Part shown: positions 58,236 to 64,000 of the stretch, one piece after another
How the letters are laid out: every line of letters starts with the position of its first letter
Numbering within the stretch: the stretch's first letter is position 1
Source: Octopus vulgaris
Taxonomy: Eukaryota
NCBI GenBank assembly: GCA_951406725.2
Contig: OX597830.1
Coordinates: 11,036,001 to 11,100,000 of the forward strand
Reading direction: 5' to 3'
Length of the DNA: 64,000 nt
Made by a program: the position numbers and the translations under genes
The notes under the pieces: generated by a model
The model's input: the letters and a program-made list of their open reading frames with translations, nothing else
Databases searched by the model: none
What the model was told of the DNA's origin: nothing

Positions 58236-59208
58236 TATTATGTAGAATCAAAAGTTTTGCGAAATTTTGATAACCTATTTCCTTTATTTGTCAGGTTACA
58301 ACAAAAACAGCCTAGCATTCAATGTAGAGGCCATCGTGTTGCACCATCTGAGTCCACCTTTCTGCCAGTTTCTTTATCTCTTCGTCTCCTCATCCTCTTT
58401 CGTCTTCGTCCTCGTCTTCTTCTTCTTCTTCTTCTTCTTCTTCTTCTTCTTCTTCTTCTTCTTCTTCTTCTTCTTCTTCTTCTTCTTCTTCTTCTTCTTC
58501 GTCCTCTTCTTCTTCTTCTTCTTCTTCGTCTTCCTCTTCTTCGTCTTCCTCTTCTTCGTTTTCCTCTTCTTCTTCGTCTTCCTCTTCTTCGTTTTTCTCT
58601 TCTTCTTCTTCTTCGTCTTCTTCTTCTTCGACTTCCTCTTCTTCGACTTCCTCTTCTTCGACTTTCTCTTCGTCTTCTCCTTTTCTTCTCCTCCTCCTCC
58701 CCCTTCTTCTCCTTCCTCTTCGTCTTCTCCTTCTTCTCCACCTTCGTTTTCTTCTTCGAGGCGAAGAACTTTTCCATTGAAGCCATTGCGTGGCAAAAAT
58801 ACCCGGGCTTTGGTTAACAGAAAGCGAGCTCTTCTAATGCAAGACAACGCAAAAGCTTATACTACTCAAAGACCCCGAATAAACTCCAGCAACTTATGTA
58901 AATCGAACTGATGCCACACCCAGAATACAATCCGGACCCAGTTCCTTCGGAATCTTCCTTGCTCCGATCCATGGCTCGCTTCCTGCACTCGCGACGCTTC
59001 TTCAATGAAGAAGAGATGGAAACTTCAGTGAAAGAGTTCTTGACCTGGAAGGACCAGAACTGGTATCAAGGTGGAATTAAAGAACTGGCGAAGAGCTGGC
59101 TTCAGATGGTGCAACATGATGGCCTCTAACTTTGAATGCTGGACTGCTTTTGTTAAATAACGCGAATAAATGACCAAAATATTACGAATCTTTTGACTCA
59201 ACGCAATA
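58236..59208 (+). mobile_element. mariner element remnant with TIRs and an internal (CTT)n expansion
   Basis: Imperfect TIRs tattatgtagaatcaaaag / cttttgactcaacgcaata; LLMQDNAKAYT and MPHPEYNPDPVPSE..WYQGGIKELAKSW match mariner HDNARPH, PHPPYSPDLAPSD and GI..L..RW. Confidence 0.85.
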
Positions 59209-59231
59209 TTATTTATTCAATTTCAAAACAA

Positions 59232-59293
<62 letters not shown>

Positions 59294-59319
59294 GTAGACA
59301 GACAGACAGGTAGACAGAC

Positions 59320-59407
<88 letters not shown>

Positions 59408-59585
59408 TAACAAACAGACTGACAGACAGACTTACTTACAGACAGACACCAGACAGACACTAGACAGACAGACAGACAGATAGACAGATAGACAGATAGA
59501 TGTGTTTATTTGCCAGCTTGCTGATATGATTAATGTTGTGTTGTATTATGGACATGACTAACGCGAAACTAACCCAATTCTTCAG

Positions 59586-59735
59586 GGAATCATGCAGCAA
59601 TCCAATGAGATGCATGCAGACTACCTGTTCCAGAAGGACAAGAATTACGAAGTGATCTACGACACGGGAGACAAGACAATCCAATGCGGCAGACACAATG
59701 ACATCTTCAAGTTCTGGCTCATGTGGAGGGCAAAG
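59586..59735 (+). CDS. GAD: Glutamate decarboxylase, internal exon (150 bp, phase 0 to 0)
   Basis: ttcttcAG|GGA ATC ATG ... GCA AAG|GTgaga. Encodes [57 protein letters not shown] is GAD-type, as in invertebrate Gad1, rather than CSAD/GADL1-type. Confidence 0.97.
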
Positions 59736-59810
59736 GTGAGAGGTCGCTTGTTTGTTTTTGTTTTTGTTTTTTTACAGTTCGTTAGTTGTTGTTATTGCTG
59801 TTGTTTATAG

Positions 59811-60463
59811 TGATGATGATGATGATGATGATGATGACAACGATGATGATGATGATGACGATGATGACGATAATGATGATGATGATGATGACGATGATGA
59901 TCATGATGACGACGATGATGACGATAATGATGATGATGACGATAATGATGATCATGATGACGACGATGATGACAACGATGATGATGATGATGATGATGAT
60001 GACGATGATGGCGATGATGACGATGATGATGATAACGATGATGATGACGATAATGATGACGATGATGATGATGATAATGATGATGATGATGACGACGATG
60101 ATGACAACGATGATGATGATGATGATGACGATGATGATGATGATGACGATGATGACGATAATGATGATGATGATGACGATGATGATCATGATGACGACGA
60201 TGATGACGATAATGATGATGATGACGATGATGACAACGATGATGATGATGATGATGACGATGATGATGATGATGATGATGATGATGACGATGATAATGAT
60301 GACGATGATGATGATGATAACGATGATAATGATGATGATGATAACGATGATAATGATGATGATGATAACGATGATGATGACGATGACGGCGATAATGAAG
60401 ATGTTGATAACGACGATGATGACGATAATGATGATGATGACGATGACGATGACGATGATGACA
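59811..60463. repeat. Imperfect (GAT)n trinucleotide tract, ~650 bp
   Basis: GAT interrupted by GAC/AAC/AAT/CAT; lies in a GAD intron. Confidence 0.95.
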
Positions 60464-60946
60464 ACCACCACTCGGCCACGGGTAGACGACATGCACATTT
60501 GTGCGTGTGACTAGATATTCGCACGAGTTTTGAACAATGTGTGTGTATGTATATAAACGTTTATTTATTTATGCATGCATATATGCATGTATGTGTGTAT
60601 ACATGCACGTATGTAAGTATGTACGTATGTGTGTGTGTATTATGTATGTGTTACCGTATTTTGTGTGTGTGTGTGTGTAAATGTATGTACATTGTATTTA
60701 TGTAAGCATGTATGTTTGTATGTACGTATATATATGTTTATGTATTATGTAACATATGTATGCATGCGTGCGTGTGTGTGCATGCGTGTGTGCATGCGTG
60801 TGTACATATGTGTGTGCATGTGTGTGTGTGTCTGTCTGTCTGTCTGTCTGTGTGTGTGTATGTGTGTGTGTGTGTGCATGTGTGTGCGTGTAAAAGTGCG
60901 TTCTACACAAACGTTCTTCTAAATTCTGGTTAATCTATGCTTTCAG

Positions 60947-60996
60947 GGAGAAAAAGGATTCGAAGCCCACATCAACAGAATGTTTGAACTTGGAAA
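60947..60996 (+). CDS. GAD: Glutamate decarboxylase, internal exon (50 bp, phase 0 to 2); gene continues beyond the window
   Basis: gctttcAG|GGA GAA AAA GGA TTC GAA ... GGA AA|GTaaag. Encodes GEKGFEAHINRMFELG(K), matching GAD G..GFE..I....EL. No later exon recognised before 64000. Confidence 0.88.
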
Positions 60997-61018
60997 GTAA
61001 AGTATCCCATAATTCCTC

Positions 61019-61050
<32 letters not shown>

Positions 61051-61185
61051 TTCTGCCCCCTCTCTCTCACTATCTATCTATCTATCTCCATCTCTTTGTC
61101 CCCTCTCTATATCTATTCCCTAGACTCTTTAACCGTAACGGCTGTTATGTATCCCAGATTATTTCTGTCCCCTTTCACTCTGCAG

Positions 61186-61891
61186 CATAGGTTCTCAAAG
61201 TGGGCGCTACCGCCCCCCCCCCCGGTGGGCGTTGAGACGGTCCAGGTGGGCGCTGGTGCCTAAGGGGGTGGTAGTGAAAAAGGAGGCGTTGGGAGGAAAG
61301 CAATGAATTTATTATATTATTGGAGTGGCTGTGTGGTAAGTAGCTTGCTAACCAACCACATGGTTCCGGGTTCAGTCCCACTGCGTGGCATCTTGGGCAA
61401 GTGTCTTCTGCTATAGCCCCGGGCTGACCAATGCCTTGTGAGTGGATTTGGTAGACGGAAACTGAAAGAAGCCTGTCGTATATATGTATGTATATATATA
61501 TATGTATGTGTGTGTTTGTGTGTCTGTGTTTGTCCCCCTAGCATTGCTTGACAACCGATGCTGGTGTGTTTACGTCCCCGTCACTTAGCGGTTCGGCAAA
61601 AGAGACCGATAGAATAAGTACTGGGCTTACAAAGAATGAGTCCTGGGGTCGATTTGCTCGACTAAAGGCGGTGCTCCAGCATGGCCACAGTCAAATGACT
61701 GAAACAAGTAAAAGAGTAAAAGAGAGTAAAGAGTATTTTATACAAATTATATAATATTATATTAAATATCAAATGAGTCATAGGATATATATAAATTGGT
61801 AAAATATGCACAAAAATAAGGGCGGGGCGGGGTCTGATGGTATTATGTGACCATGAGGGAGGCAGTGGCTCAAAAAGTTTGAGGACCTCTG
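61186..61891. mobile_element. hAT (Charlie-like) MITE interrupted by a full family B SINE (61321-61733)
   Basis: TIRs cataggttctcaaa / tttgaggacctctg; 8-bp TSD ctctgcag / ctctacag. Confidence 0.82.
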
Positions 61892-62280
61892 CTCTACAGT
61901 CACACATGGTTACCTCAATTCGGGAGGCTGGTGGAGCTTATACGTCCCACTTGCAAAGATGTCTTGATAGTGCGCCAGAACTCAGATAAAACAACCGTTT
62001 CTTTTATATTTAAATGCCTTTAAAGGACCGTAGAGATTATATTAGCGATTTATCGTCAGGCTCTGGGGTACTGAGTTAAGGACTCAGTCCCCAGCAATAT
62101 GAAACGACATGCCTTGCTCTAAGATAGAGCACAGCACCCGGAATCGAACATACGACTTTATGATCACGAATCCGACGTTTTAATCACTAAATAGAGTACC
62201 TTCACAGGTGTGAATGTGAATGTGTGTGTGAGTGTGTATGTGTATGGGTGTTAAATTTTTCATTTGACTGAATAATTACT

Positions 62281-62317
<37 letters not shown>

Positions 62318-62354
62318 CATACGCGCGCACACACACACATATGTGTGTAAATAT

Positions 62355-62485
62355 TTGCTTCCCAACCACATGGTTCCGAGTTCAGTCCCACTGCGTGGCA
62401 CCTTGAGCAAGTGTCTTCTACTATAGTCTCGGGCCAACCAAAGCCTTGTGAGTGGATTTGGTAGACGGAAACTGAAAGAAGCCTG

Positions 62486-62541
<56 letters not shown>

Positions 62542-62770
62542 TGGTGTGTATGTTTGTGTGTCTGTGTTTGTCCCCCCAACATTGCTTGACAACCGATGCT
62601 GGTATGTTTACGTCCCCGTCACTTAGCGGTTCGGCAAAAAAGAGACCGATAGAATAAGTACTGGGCTTACAAAGAATAAGTCCCGGGGTCGATTTGCTCG
62701 ACTAAAGGCGGTGCTCCAGCATGGCCTCAGTCAAATGACTGAAACAAGTAAAAAGAGAAAAAGAGAAAGA
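62355..62770 (+). mobile_element. SINE family B
   Basis: Same modules as 61321-61733. Confidence 0.88.
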
Positions 62771-63123
62771 GATATAAATACAAAAAAGGAAAGGGGGCGT
62801 TATGAAGGAGTCAAAGCAAATTAACCAATGAAAGTGCTTGCAAAGCAGGAATCTACCAAATTCCAATCGATTGCCAGTCCAATTTATAAATCCAAAGGTG
62901 ATAGACCGAAAAATTCGTCATCTTGTTTATTGCTAGCAGTGTGGTGAGGCTTTGAGAAGGATCTGTTTGGTGTTAATTCCTAGATTTCTGTAGAATCCTG
63001 GTCGGTCGACTATAGATCGATTAATATGTAGGATTAATAACTACGCGCAGAATTATGCAATACAAAGGTGTCTGAAATCCGTTTCAGATTAAAAAGGTAT
63101 AATTCTCCATTCTTTTGTGTTTG

Positions 63124-63165
<42 letters not shown>

Positions 63166-63672
63166 TATGTCACTGCCCTAAGGCTTCATTTCCACACAAG
63201 CCAGCTTAATTTAATTTGTCCTTAGTCGAAAGACACCTGTTGTTATGTCTTGTTATTTGCATTTGTATAACATTTCTCCGTTTCTTTTTTTCTGTCCTTC
63301 TTTTCGTATACATTCGCTGCTTTTTTTCCAAGGAATGTAGTGCACTTAGCTTAGTTTTTCCTTGGGGCTGGCCAGACTGGAGAAATCTCGAGTATAACCA
63401 GCCGAAATTGCAAAGAAAATCTGGAACTCAATAGAGGAAATAAAAATTCGAATGACCCGTCCGTGATATTTCTTGTCCCATTTTTTGTATTCCTTCATAT
63501 CTATACATTATATATATAACAATTAAGGATAACTTCTTAATAAGGAATCTTAACAAGAAATTATCAGGTAGATAGCGTGAAAAACCTCATAAGAGGAAAA
63601 TTTCGAAAATAATTCTTTCTTATTGAACATATTAATTTATATATAGAGGGCATTATAATGCCCTCTATATAC

Positions 63673-63716
<44 letters not shown>

Positions 63717-63778
63717 TTTATATATATATATAGTGAAATGTGTACTTACATATAAGAGAACAAAGTGTATGTACGTCG

Positions 63779-63842
<64 letters not shown>

Positions 63843-64000
63843 CAAAATGGGACAAGAACGCAAAACATCCAAATAGACAATACAAAAAACATGGACGAGT
63901 CATTCGAAGCCTCTAATCTTCAGTCAAGAACCGGATCATCCTCGCAATTTCGGCTGATTAATCTTGAGATTGCTCCAATCTGGCCAGCTCTAATGCTCGT

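Noticed and set aside
58209-60524. Poly-R/K/F/L ORFs near 58300 and poly-D/M/H ORFs near 59800
   Set aside because: Readings of (CTT)n and (GAT)n tracts inside GAD introns.

Overview
Eukaryotic, AT-rich, microsatellite-saturated animal DNA. A coleoid cephalopod (Octopus-like) is inferred from the repeat landscape but not proven. The window lies inside one large + strand gene, a glutamate decarboxylase (GAD, PLP-dependent group II decarboxylase). Six internal coding exons splice in frame with canonical AG/GT sites: 33558-33637, 51758-51929, 54218-54282, 56805-56883 (NPHK PLP lysine), 59586-59735 and 60947-60996. The 5' and 3' exons lie outside the window. Nearly all ORFs in the supplied track are microsatellite artefacts. 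The introns hold three abundant tRNA-derived SINE families, R4/Dong-like and Tx1/L1-like LINE 3' fragments, a Penelope-like fragment, Tc1/mariner, piggyBac, hAT and Helitron-type non-autonomous elements, minisatellites and long hairpins. Most notable: (1) many minimal hammerhead-ribozyme motifs in short inserts at (TA)n tracts, including a tRNA-headed SINE with tandem hammerheads and a Penelope-like endonuclease remnant; (2) a Tx1-like LINE inserted in (GATA)n whose 3' end is shared with one SINE family; (3) a decayed, phase-compatible duplicate of a GAD exon with in-frame stops. Repeat boundaries were read by eye and are approximate unless TSDs or TIRs are quoted.
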